Shown in pieces: positions 48,915 to 57,839 of a stretch of DNA of 64,000 nt; the stretch's first letter is position 1, and every line of letters begins with the position of its first letter. Made by a program: the position numbers and the translations under genes. This DNA is from Deltaproteobacteria bacterium (GTDB taxonomy: Bacteria; Myxococcota_A; Polyangia; Fen-1088). Under the pieces are notes generated by a model. It did no database searches. It saw only the letters and a program-made list of their open reading frames with translations, and was not told the DNA's origin. The DNA lies in NCBI GenBank assembly GCA_033763315.1, contig JANRKS010000005.1, positions 128,001-192,000 on the forward strand. The letters run 5' to 3'.

Positions 48915-49369
48915 GCTTCACCTTGGGGTTGATCGGGTGGCACGAAAACGGTGAGATTTGCTGCCGCCACGGTCACGCCACCGCGTGTCACGATGCCTTG
49001 AAATTGCGCGCCTGCTTCGGCACCCCACAGGTGCGTGACTTGAACGATCAATTCGTCGCCTGACACGAAATCATTCACAAACAGATCCAATCGTCGCACG
49101 CCCACCAAGTAGCCAAGCTTTGGCTTCCGTAAAGACTCTGGATTCGCCTCTACGTTCTTGTCGGCGTGCAGGGTGGCGTAAGCGGCCACGCATTGGGCCA
49201 TGTACTCCATCGCCACCACCGCGGGCACGCGCCCTTGGCGCATGAACGGAGACGCGTGCGTAAGCTTTACGACACACGTGGCCGTTTTTTCGTCGTACGA
49301 CGCAAGCCCATCCAACAGCCGCATCGGTGGCTTGTGGGGTACGAGATTTTCGATGTTCAGCAAAGTCAC
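48911..49369 (-). CDS. Hotdog-fold dehydratase partner (ApeP-like)
   Basis: LVPHKPPMRLLD, EYMAQ, GYLVGVR; GTGA overlap with the CLF stop. Confidence 0.85.
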   Translation of the reverse strand: MTLLNIENLVPHKPPMRLLDGLASYDEKTATCVVKLTHASPFMRQGRVPAVVAMEYMAQCVAAYATLHADKNVEANPESLRKPKLGYLVGVRRLDLFVNDFVSGDELIVQVTHLWGAEAGAQFQGIVTRGGVTVAAANLTVFVPPDQPQGEA

Positions 49370-50100
49370 AACCGCTCGATACAATACGCGCTGCCCGCCG
49401 CGCCACTTAAAGAAAAAACACCAACCGATCCCGCGGCCAACCACGCTGTCAATGGCTGCAGCACGGCGCACGGGTTGTGCACCAGGCCCGCACGCGGCGG
49501 GCCGCCCGCTTCGTTGAGGTGAACTTGCAGCCGCGCGTGCTCGGGCCGGGCTTCGGAGGGTGGCACAAACGCGAACGCCGCCGCGATCGGGGCGTATGGT
49601 TCTCCGGGGTGCAAGCGCGCCGGTGGCGCTTCATCACCCAGCGCCAGCACGAGCGGCTGCGCGTAGGTTTTCATCCACGCCACAGCTTCCACAAACCCCA
49701 TCGCCACTGTGTTGTTGCCGGCGGCGATCGATGTGGAAAAGGCGGTGTTTTTGCTGGCAATCGAGATCTGCCCGGCGGCGGCGTTGTGAACGCTCGTTTG
49801 AAATCGCAGTGGCGACACCTCAGAGGCGGAGCCTTGCATGCTGTGCAGCAGCTCTATCAAACGCTCCATTTCGCCGAACGAAGAGCCATAGACGGTGGCA
49901 AAGCTGCCATGTTCAAACTCGGCTTCGGCCGCCGCCTGGCCGACCACTTCGGCGAACATCAGGGTCAACAAACTCGCGCGGCCGCGTGCACGTGGGTTTA
50001 GCATCGCGGCGGCCGGCAGTGGCTCGCTGCCCGCATCGCGCGTCCAAAGCGCCATGCCCGCCAGATGCAACAAACCGTCATCCTTTGGCGTTATGTTCAT
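49366..50100 (-). CDS. Ketosynthase chain-length factor (ApeC-like)
   Basis: SPLRFQTSVHNAAAG; short KS N-terminal-like domain without catalytic Cys. Confidence 0.82.
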   Translation of the reverse strand: MNITPKDDGLLHLAGMALWTRDAGSEPLPAAAMLNPRARGRASLLTLMFAEVVGQAAAEAEFEHGSFATVYGSSFGEMERLIELLHSMQGSASEVSPLRFQTSVHNAAAGQISIASKNTAFSTSIAAGNNTVAMGFVEAVAWMKTYAQPLVLALGDEAPPARLHPGEPYAPIAAAFAFVPPSEARPEHARLQVHLNEAGGPPRAGLVHNPCAVLQPLTAWLAAGSVGVFSLSGAAGSAYCIERL

Positions 50101-51293
50101 GGGGTGTCCGCTCCGAACAACAAGCTGATGTTGCTGCCACCGAACGCGAACGAATTGCTGAGCACAAACGGCGAGGCCAGCCGCTGTGGCTGGGACGCGA
50201 TCGTGATCTCAAGATCTGGCTGTGGCGGTTCGCTGCCGAGGCTTGCGGGAACGCATTGATCGAGCAACGCGGCCACGCAAAAGGCCGCCTCGGTGGCGCC
50301 GGCCGCGCCCAGCAAGTGGCCTGTATAGCCTTTGGTTGAAGCCACGAGGGGCCCGCGCCCGAACACGCGCGCGATCGCCATGGCCTCCGCGGCGTCGTTG
50401 AGCTGTGTGCCTGTGCCGTGCGCGTTGAGGTGCCCCACATCGGCGGCTAAGACACCGCTATGTTGCAAGGCCAACCGCATGGCTTGTTCGGCACCATGGC
50501 CTGTGGGATCGGGCGCTGACATGTGGTGTGCATCGCTGGTTTCGCCGCTGGCCAACAGGGCAGGGCCTTGGCCCTCGCGCTCAAGCAGCAGCAAGGCACC
50601 GCCTTCGCCGATGTTGATGCCGTTGCGATCAGCGGCAAACGGTTTGCACATGGTCGGGGACAGGATCCCTAAAGCCGCAAAGCCGTTCAACGTCAAGGAG
50701 CACAACGTATCGACGCCACCGGCCACCACGGCATCGGCAACGTTTGTGTGCAACAAACGATGCGCGCTGGCCAGCGCTTTGGCGCTGGAGGAACAGGCGG
50801 TTGAAACCACGAACGCGGGGCCCGACACCGCGAACATCGCTTGCAGCAGTTCGGCTGTAGCGGCCAGGCTGTGGGTGCGCAGCAAGCCGTACCCGGGCGG
50901 CAGCGGTTCATCTCGCAAGGCCGCACGGTGTGCCGTTTCCGTCTCAGCCAACCCACCGGTGGACGTGGCAAGCACCACGGCCACGCGTCTTGGCCCCCAG
51001 CGTGCGATGGCCTTATGTACGGATGCCGCAATGTCGCGGGCCAAAAGAAAAGTCAAGCGAGCCACCCGCGATTCATACGTTGCGAGCGCAGGAGGCAGCG
51101 CCGGCAATACGCCTGTTATATGCCCCACACAGGTCGAAAAGGGCGGCTCAAGGGACGCCGAGGCAACACCCGGTTGGAGCCCTGTTTGGCCCGCGGCGAG
51201 CTTGTTCAAGACCTCCGTGCGGCTGCGCCCAAGCGCATTACACAAGGTAAAGTCGGTGCAAAACGCAGGCGACATGAGCGGCGGTGGTGACAT
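50097..51293 (-). CDS. Beta-ketoacyl-ACP synthase (ApeO-like)
   Basis: STACSSSAK, GINIGEG, SDAHHMSAP, NAHGTGT, KGYTGHLLG. Confidence 0.9.
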   Translation of the reverse strand: MSPPPLMSPAFCTDFTLCNALGRSRTEVLNKLAAGQTGLQPGVASASLEPPFSTCVGHITGVLPALPPALATYESRVARLTFLLARDIAASVHKAIARWGPRRVAVVLATSTGGLAETETAHRAALRDEPLPPGYGLLRTHSLAATAELLQAMFAVSGPAFVVSTACSSSAKALASAHRLLHTNVADAVVAGGVDTLCSLTLNGFAALGILSPTMCKPFAADRNGINIGEGGALLLLEREGQGPALLASGETSDAHHMSAPDPTGHGAEQAMRLALQHSGVLAADVGHLNAHGTGTQLNDAAEAMAIARVFGRGPLVASTKGYTGHLLGAAGATEAAFCVAALLDQCVPASLGSEPPQPDLEITIASQPQRLASPFVLSNSFAFGGSNISLLFGADTP

Positions 51294-51494
51294 CGATAAG
51301 TTGGGCGCGAGTATACCGAAGTTGCGAGACTGTAGCGGCGCGACGGGGCGATGTTGTGCATTGGCGATCCGCCCTCATCACCTCGATCGGCAAGCCCCGG
51401 GATACCGCTTGCGAGAAAAACGACACATCTCTATGATGGCGCGGCCCACGATGCGTGGGCATCGAGTGGACCCCATTTACAGGCAGGTGTTTGG

Positions 51495-52055
51495 ATGAAG
51501 AAGACAGTCATGGGCTTCGGTTTAGCAGCGATTCTTGGTTGTGCGGGCGTGGCCCGTGCCGATGGTTACGGCATGGCCGGTTGCGGTTTGGGCTCGTTGT
51601 TGTTCGGCAATGACGACTCCAAATTGATGCAGATCTTGGCCGCCACCACCAACGGCACCGTGGGCAGCCAAACCTTCGGTATCACCTCGGGCACGTTGAA
51701 CTGCACCTCGGGTGGCGTTGTGAAAGCCCAGCGTGAGCAGGCGGCGTTCGCCGAAGTTAATTTTCAAGATCTGAAGCGCAATATGGCCGCTGGCGGTGGC
51801 GAGTATTTGTCTTCGTTTGCCAGCCTTCTGGGCTGCAGCGACAGCGGCAAGCAGGCCTTTGCTCAAATGAGCCAAGATCGCTTCGAGGTGATTTTGCCCA
51901 CGAGCAAGACCGGCCCGATCGAGATGCTGAACAACGTGAAGGCTGAGATCAAGGCTTCGCCCGCGTTGTCGAGCGCTTGCAGCGATGAGCGTGCGATCGC
52001 GCGCGCCGAAGGCAAAGACTTGCCTGCCCCTACGATGACTCTTGCGAAGAAGTAG
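51495..52055 (+). CDS. DUF3015 family protein
   Basis: YGMAGCGLGSLLFG, ATTNGT..QTFGITSGTLNC, GGGEYL. Confidence 0.88.
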   Translation: MKKTVMGFGLAAILGCAGVARADGYGMAGCGLGSLLFGNDDSKLMQILAATTNGTVGSQTFGITSGTLNCTSGGVVKAQREQAAFAEVNFQDLKRNMAAGGGEYLSSFASLLGCSDSGKQAFAQMSQDRFEVILPTSKTGPIEMLNNVKAEIKASPALSSACSDERAIARAEGKDLPAPTMTLAKK

Positions 52056-52146
52056 TACACGATAGGATCCTAGCCATCGGGCCGGGGCCATCATCTTTTG
52101 TGTGTGAATCGAGCCCGCCGGAACATCGCCGACGGGCTCGATTGTT

Positions 52147-54108
52147 TTGGAGCCGTACTTGAGGACTTCGATCTACACGCTGATCTTCTCGGTGTTCGTG
52201 TCAGCGACTGCCTGGCCGCAAGCCGCCGGCGCGGCCGATCTGGCGTACGTCAAGCAATTGCAAAAGACGGCGTCGTCGTTGCACCTCGAACAAAGCCGTA
52301 TGTGGCAGGTGCTGCTGCACTATCGGAAAACGTGGACCGGAGGCTGGCGCAGCGAGGCTGATGGTTTGGGCTTCTTCAACGCCGGCAAGAGCGGCCGCAC
52401 CGACCCTGCCGCCGAACTCAACGCGACTTTGTTGGCCTTTGCGCAGCCAGCGCCCCCCTCGGACGCCGGCAAGTCGTTGGAAGACGCCCAGCATCCGCAA
52501 TGCCGCTTTCCTGCGCGTTGGTCGTGGCTTAAAGAGACGCTGCAGATCGACCCCGCCCGCATGCCGGATCAACCGTGCCCCTACTTTGCCATGTGGAGGC
52601 AGGCCTTTGCGGCGCAGAAGGTGAATCTTGTGTATGCGGCCGCCTACGTCAACAGCCCCGCCTCGATGTATGGCCACACGTTCTTGCGGCTCACCCGCTC
52701 AACGGGCGAAGGCAACCCCCTGTTGGACTACATCATCAACTATGCGGCTGACGTTGATACCAAAAACGGTCTTGTATACGCATTCAAAGGTGTGCTGGGT
52801 GGTTTTAGGGGCCGCTTCTATGCAATGCCGTACTACGTGAAGATCCAGGAATACTCCAACATGGAGAGCCGGGATCTGTGGGAGTACGAGCTGTCGCTGA
52901 CGCCCGCGCAAAGCGAACGTTTGGTGCAGCACACGTGGGAGACACGCAGCACGCATTTTGATTATTACTTCTTCACTGAGAACTGCTCTTATTTCCTGCT
53001 GGGGCTCTTGGAGGCCGCTGATCCACGTCTGCATTTGGTGGATGAATTTTGGGGCACAACCATTCCTGCGAACACGGTGCGTGCGGTCCTCAACGTGCCG
53101 GGGCTTGTGCGGTCGAATGCGCCGCGGCCGTCGCTCCGCGCGACAATGTTCGCGCAAAAACGCGCCTTAAACGCGCGGCAAATGGATGCCGCTAACGCTT
53201 TGGCAAACACGGGAAAGGCAGCCGCCACGGCTCTTGCGGCGTTGCCCAAGGTTGAACAAGCACGCATCATCGATGCGGGGTACGCGCGCCTTCGTTATAA
53301 AGAGGGCTTCACGTGGCCACCCACGCCGTCCTTTGAGAAGAAGGAACGAGAGCTGTTGGTGTTGCGCGGGCGCACGGGTGTGCCGCCACAAACGGTGGCG
53401 GGCATCGATTTTGTGGATGCGCCTGAACGGGGCCATCGCACGTTGCGGCTGGCCGCGGGCGGAGGAAGCACCTTCGACGCGAAAGAACGTACTGCAGGCG
53501 TTGCGTTCGCGGATGTGTCTATGCGGTTTGCCATCCACGATTACCTTGATGACCCTCAAGGATACCCCGAAGACGCCTCGCTTGAGATGGTGAGCTTGCG
53601 TCTGCGGCTGCTGGTCGATAGCCAACGTTTTTTCATCGAACGCCTCACGCTGCTTAACATCGTCTCTGCTGCGCCTGTGGATCGTTGGCTCATTTCGCCT
53701 TCGTGGAAAGTGTGGGCCGGTGGCGGGCAAGCGCACGAGTTGGGCTGCGCGGGCTGGGATTGTTCGTTCGGCGGCGTGACCAGTGGTGGTGGGTTTGCGT
53801 GGCGCCCATGGCGGCCTTGGTTGCTGTTCGCGATGGGCGATCTGCAGGTGCAAGGTGGCAGCATTTTCGCACACAACTTCCGTGCGGGGCTGGGCGGTTC
53901 ATTGGGCTCAACCATCCGATGGGGGCGCGTGGCGCAAACCGAATTGGGCGCGCAATACATTCAGCACCTGGTGGGGGACACGCGCAACCGGCCCTTGTTT
54001 TCGTTTGGCCACGCCTTCAACCTGGGCTCACGCATGCAAGCGCGGATTGTGGCCGAATCATTTGGCCGTGTGGTGTTCTCCCGCGCCGAACTCGTCGCGT
54101 ATTTTTAG
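52147..54108 (+). CDS. DUF4105 / Lnb N-terminal-like domain protein with C-terminal beta-rich domain
   Basis: CRFPAR, SMYGHTFL, YSNMESRDLWEY, YYFFTENCS; ends in AYF. Confidence 0.85.
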   Translation: MEPYLRTSIYTLIFSVFVSATAWPQAAGAADLAYVKQLQKTASSLHLEQSRMWQVLLHYRKTWTGGWRSEADGLGFFNAGKSGRTDPAAELNATLLAFAQPAPPSDAGKSLEDAQHPQCRFPARWSWLKETLQIDPARMPDQPCPYFAMWRQAFAAQKVNLVYAAAYVNSPASMYGHTFLRLTRSTGEGNPLLDYIINYAADVDTKNGLVYAFKGVLGGFRGRFYAMPYYVKIQEYSNMESRDLWEYELSLTPAQSERLVQHTWETRSTHFDYYFFTENCSYFLLGLLEAADPRLHLVDEFWGTTIPANTVRAVLNVPGLVRSNAPRPSLRATMFAQKRALNARQMDAANALANTGKAAATALAALPKVEQARIIDAGYARLRYKEGFTWPPTPSFEKKERELLVLRGRTGVPPQTVAGIDFVDAPERGHRTLRLAAGGGSTFDAKERTAGVAFADVSMRFAIHDYLDDPQGYPEDASLEMVSLRLRLLVDSQRFFIERLTLLNIVSAAPVDRWLISPSWKVWAGGGQAHELGCAGWDCSFGGVTSGGGFAWRPWRPWLLFAMGDLQVQGGSIFAHNFRAGLGGSLGSTIRWGRVAQTELGAQYIQHLVGDTRNRPLFSFGHAFNLGSRMQARIVAESFGRVVFSRAELVAYF

Positions 54109-55142
54109 CGGGCTTCGCCGAACGTTAGCGGCAGCGATAGCGCCGCGGGCAAAGGCGGCGTGGCTGGCACAGACGCCTTGCCGATCGAAGCCACCGCGCA
54201 CGCCACCAAGGCTTCGTCCGTGATTGTGCTCATCTCCATGCGCGGCTGCTGAGCGCGGCCGTCTTTGCTCAACGTGAGTCCCACGATCAAGGTCCCCTGC
54301 GTGGTGGCCTTTCGTGTGAGGGCTTCGCGGTAGCACGCGACAAGGCTGGGCTCTAATTTGGTGAACGCCTCCTGCAGTGACGGCGAAACAGGCGTAGCAT
54401 CGGCGGACACGGGCTTGCCAAAATACACGGCAGCTGAGTGCACTGGCGTGACCGCCGCCATTTCTTGCGCAAACGCTTCGGTTTCGAAGCGGGCCAGCGG
54501 CGCCCCGAGCGGGCCAACCACGTAGGCCGCCAATACCTGCGCGCCAAACTTCACCATCCGCCCGCCGCTTTGGCGAAGGCAGACATCGGGCCGCATTTGA
54601 GACGGCTGCGGCGAGAACACCAAGCGCAGCTTCAGTTTGCCTTCAGCGTGCATCTGCAACAGCCGTTCGGCCGCGGCATCCGAAAGCTCGAACGCGATCG
54701 GTTCGTCCGCGGCGCGATCAAGTTCGATGCCGTCTTCCACAGAAAACCGCGTATCGACAAGTTTGAGTTTGCCGTCGTCGTAGCCATCGAAGCGAAACCC
54801 GGCGGCCGGCAGCGTTAACTCATAACGTGAGTCAAGCGATGAGGCCCGTCGTTCGTCGTGGGCTTGCCTCTGGTGGGCCTGCTCAACCGCATTGCCCTTG
54901 AACGTCATGCCGTCGCTGGCCTGCAGGGCATCACACAGACGCAGAACACCGGGTGCGCCTTCGACGTGCGTGGCCGGCAGCACGAAGTTGGCTGCCGCTG
55001 GGGCCGCCATCGCGGGGGTGGCATTGTTCGTGGCCACGGCCGCGGCCGGAGGCGTTGCCGGCTGTGTGCTGGCGCAGCCGCCCAGCGTCCCAACCCAAAA
55101 CGCCGTTGCTGCGGCGGCCCGAAAACATCCGTCCAAAGACAT
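54105..55142 (-). CDS. Lipoprotein with AgmX/PglI-type (TonB_C-like) C-terminal domain
   Basis: Lipobox LGGC; ACYREALTRK..QGTLIVGLTLSKDG..LVAC..PLTF. Confidence 0.65.
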   Translation of the reverse strand: MSLDGCFRAAAATAFWVGTLGGCASTQPATPPAAAVATNNATPAMAAPAAANFVLPATHVEGAPGVLRLCDALQASDGMTFKGNAVEQAHQRQAHDERRASSLDSRYELTLPAAGFRFDGYDDGKLKLVDTRFSVEDGIELDRAADEPIAFELSDAAAERLLQMHAEGKLKLRLVFSPQPSQMRPDVCLRQSGGRMVKFGAQVLAAYVVGPLGAPLARFETEAFAQEMAAVTPVHSAAVYFGKPVSADATPVSPSLQEAFTKLEPSLVACYREALTRKATTQGTLIVGLTLSKDGRAQQPRMEMSTITDEALVACAVASIGKASVPATPPLPAALSLPLTFGEAR

Positions 55143-55189
55143 GCAAGTGAGATTACTAGAGCATCCGCGTCACGGAACAAACAAAACAG

Positions 55190-55435
55190 CTATGGGGCCC
55201 GTTGCAGCACCAGAGTCACTTCGTCCTCCGCCGACCGGCCCCGGTTTCGGGGCCGCACCGACCAACCTGGGAACTGGCTGGCTGCCTTCATCGCGGCCGC
55301 CACCACCGCTGCCGTCAGAGGTGCGGCGTCCTTGGCCCATTCATACCCATCGTTTTCGCCCGTGTAATCGTCGGGAAAGCTGCATTGCAGCTCCAGCCGC
55401 AAAGTAAACTCACGTTGTTCTACATAGTTGGCCAT
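55190..55435 (-). CDS. Small hypothetical protein
   Basis: 81-aa ORF MANYVEQREFTLRLEL..FPDDYTGENDGYEW fills the gap between two genes. Confidence 0.6.
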   Translation of the reverse strand: MANYVEQREFTLRLELQCSFPDDYTGENDGYEWAKDAAPLTAAVVAAAMKAASQFPGWSVRPRNRGRSAEDEVTLVLQRAP

Positions 55436-55470
55436 AAACCTAGATAGCACTGGTACCAGAGCAAAAACGC

Positions 55471-55485
55471 TGAACGTTTCGTTCA
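55471..55485. promoter_or_regulatory. Palindromic operator-like site TGAACG-N3-CGTTCA
   Basis: Perfect 6-bp inverted repeat in the divergent intergenic region upstream of the Rieske gene. Confidence 0.5.
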
Positions 55486-55503
55486 AATCCGCAAAACCTT
55501 CGG

Positions 55504-55533
55504 TTGACGTCCTTAGGTTCGACGCGGCATGGT
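55504..55533 (+). promoter_or_regulatory. Sigma70-like promoter TTGACG-N18-CATGGT, 6 nt before the Rieske ATG
   Basis: Read directly from the sequence; no SD before ATG 55540. Confidence 0.45.
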
Positions 55534-55539
55534 TACGGG

Positions 55540-56085
55540 ATGTTGTACGACGCTCCGGCGAACACCGATCAGCGCCGTGGATTTCTTCGCTCTGTAACCA
55601 CTTGGTTGGGCGGCTTGTTGGGTGCGGTCGTGACGTTACCTGGGTTGGCGTTTTTGGCCCACCCCTTGCGGAAAGACACGGTCGACGCAGGCAAAGATCC
55701 TTTGGATGTGGGCGCCACGGCCACGCAGGTCAAACCTGGCCAACCCGTGATGGTGGATGTGAGAGGCGAGCTCAAAGACGCCTGGATGCGCACCCCTGAC
55801 GTCAAGCTCGGCGCATGCTGGTTGGTGCGCGAGAAGGAACAAGATCCCGTCAAAGCGTTCTCCACGGTGTGCCCGCATTTAGGCTGCGGTGTGGATTGGG
55901 CGCCCGAGAAGAAGCAGTTTGTGTGTCCGTGCCACGACAGTTACTTCGATCTGCAGGGCAAGGTGCTTACGGGGCCTTCTCCACGTGGGCTCGATGAATT
56001 GGATGTGAAGGTGAACGAAGGGGGCCGCCTGAAAGTGGCGTATCGCCGTTTCCGCTTGGGTACAGCGAAAAAGGAAGAAGTGTGA
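55540..56085 (+). CDS. Rieske 2Fe-2S subunit of a cytochrome bc complex
   Basis: Tat motif RRGFL; CPHLGC and CPCH; GPSPRGL. Confidence 0.93.
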   Translation: MLYDAPANTDQRRGFLRSVTTWLGGLLGAVVTLPGLAFLAHPLRKDTVDAGKDPLDVGATATQVKPGQPVMVDVRGELKDAWMRTPDVKLGACWLVREKEQDPVKAFSTVCPHLGCGVDWAPEKKQFVCPCHDSYFDLQGKVLTGPSPRGLDELDVKVNEGGRLKVAYRRFRLGTAKKEEV

Positions 56086-57839
56086 TCTTTCCTCCTCGTC
56101 CCTCGAAAATTGATCAATTCAAAGCGTGGTTGGAGGACCGCACCGGTTTGGGTGGCGCTCTGGCCAGCCTGATGAACCAACCGGTACCCGGCGGTGCCAG
56201 CTTGTGGCGGGCGCTGGGCATGGTGGCCGCGTTGTTGGTGGGCCTTGAGTTCGTGACCGGCGTGTTGTTGGCGTTTTATTACGCCCCGTCGGCAGCCACC
56301 GCGTGGGCCTCCACCGCGTTCATCGAAGATCAACTGTGGTTTGGTTCGCTCATTCGCGGTGTGCACAGCTTTGGTTCCATCGCGTTGATTGTTGTGTCGG
56401 GCTTGCACTTGGTGCAGGTGGTGTTGTTTGGCGCTTATAAGCGGCCGCGTGAAGCCAATTGGATCGCGGGCTTGTTGTTGTTGCTTGTGCTGTTGGGCTT
56501 CGCACTTTCTGGCTATGGCCTGCCGTGGGATCAAGCCGGCTATTGGGCGAAGTTTGTTGAAACCAGCATCTTGAGCACCACGCCCGTGGTGGGGCCGATG
56601 CTTGAGGCCATCGTGCAAGGTGGCTCGCGCTATGGGCACTACACGGTGATTCACTTTTACGCCGTACACGTGTTCATTTTGCCCGCGGCTTTGGCCCTGC
56701 TTTTGACCCTGCACATCTATTGGGCCCGCCGCCACAAGTTGACGCCGCCGTGGTGGATGGATCCCGCCACGGTGTCACGTCGCACGGAGCCTTACTTTCC
56801 GGGCCAAGCGCTGCGCGATCTGTCGTTGTTCGCGTTCGCCTTGGCCGTGGTTGTGGTGTTCGTGGTCGTGAAAAAAGGTGCGGGCCTTGAACCGCCCGCG
56901 GATCCCGCCAGCAATTACATGGCGCGCCCTGAATGGTATGCGATTCCGCTTTACCAACTGCGCATGTATTTCGAGGGGCCGCTTGAGATCGTGGCCACCA
57001 TGATCATTCCCGGCATCGTGGGCGCCCTTGTGTTTGCGCTGCCGTTTTTGGATCGTTCGCATTCACTGTCGCCGTGGAAGAGGCCGCTGGCCACCGGTGG
57101 GCTTGTGGCTGCTCTCGTGATCACCGCTGTTCTCACCACGCTCTCGGTCCGCAAAGACCGTGCTGATGTTGCGTTTCAAAAGCACCGCGCCGAAGTGGCG
57201 CTGGAAGGCCTGCGCGCGCGTGACTTGGCCAAGCGAGGCGTGTTGCCCACGGGCGGCATTGATGTTTTCAAGAACGATCCGCAGTTTGAGGTGTTGTCGC
57301 TCTACAAGGAAAAATGTGGCAACTGCCACGGTCTCACAGGTCAAGGTGGCGATGAGGGGCCAGACTTTGCTGACTACAACTCTCGCTCGTGGATTGTGTC
57401 CTTCTTAAAAGATCCGCAAGGCCCTCTGTTTATGGGACCCGCGAAGAAGAAGAAGGGCATGAAGCCTGTCGAAGGCACCGACGAAGAGTTGGCGGCCTTG
57501 GCCGAGGTGGTCTACGCGCAAACCGGTGCCAAAGACGTCAAACCTGAGTTGTTGAAGAAAGCCAAAGACAGCGACCTTTTCTCAGAGAAGGACTGCGATT
57601 CTTGCCACTACATCGACGAAGGCGACAAAGATCTGGGCAACGCGGGCCCCAGCTTGTTTCAGCGCGGCACGATCGATTACGTGGTGCGCGTGATTGAGGC
57701 ACCCGATCACGAAACGCTCTATGGCGAAAAAGCGAAGATGCCAGGCTTCAAAGGCAAGCTAACGCCCGAGCAAATTCGCCTGTTGGCGGAATTCATCGTG
57801 GGTATGAAGAAGCCTTCCGCCACAGCGGCGGCAAATTAA
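56082..57839 (+). CDS. Cytochrome b + subunit IV-like region + diheme cytochrome c fusion
   Basis: RGVH..LH, GYGLPWDQ, VH..LH, PEWY; CGNCH and CDSCH. Confidence 0.9.
   Translation: MIFPPRPSKIDQFKAWLEDRTGLGGALASLMNQPVPGGASLWRALGMVAALLVGLEFVTGVLLAFYYAPSAATAWASTAFIEDQLWFGSLIRGVHSFGSIALIVVSGLHLVQVVLFGAYKRPREANWIAGLLLLLVLLGFALSGYGLPWDQAGYWAKFVETSILSTTPVVGPMLEAIVQGGSRYGHYTVIHFYAVHVFILPAALALLLTLHIYWARRHKLTPPWWMDPATVSRRTEPYFPGQALRDLSLFAFALAVVVVFVVVKKGAGLEPPADPASNYMARPEWYAIPLYQLRMYFEGPLEIVATMIIPGIVGALVFALPFLDRSHSLSPWKRPLATGGLVAALVITAVLTTLSVRKDRADVAFQKHRAEVALEGLRARDLAKRGVLPTGGIDVFKNDPQFEVLSLYKEKCGNCHGLTGQGGDEGPDFADYNSRSWIVSFLKDPQGPLFMGPAKKKKGMKPVEGTDEELAALAEVVYAQTGAKDVKPELLKKAKDSDLFSEKDCDSCHYIDEGDKDLGNAGPSLFQRGTIDYVVRVIEAPDHETLYGEKAKMPGFKGKLTPEQIRLLAEFIVGMKKPSATAAAN

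Larger units (their letters stand above)
34947..51293. other. Aryl polyene-type (APE/flexirubin/xanthomonadin-like) type II PKS biosynthetic gene cluster
   Basis: 17 genes: halogenase-like, acyltransferase, two ACPs, COG4648, AMP-ligase-dehydratase, GT2, LpxL-like, ammonia-lyase, LolA-like, MMPL, DUF3261, two KS, CLF, KR, DH. Confidence 0.9.

Noticed and set aside
50332-51498. 388-aa plus-strand ORF
   Set aside because: Antisense shadow of the ketosynthase.
55470-55486. LexA (SOS) box
   Set aside because: Spacing is GAAC-N5-GTTC rather than N4; kept only as a generic palindrome.
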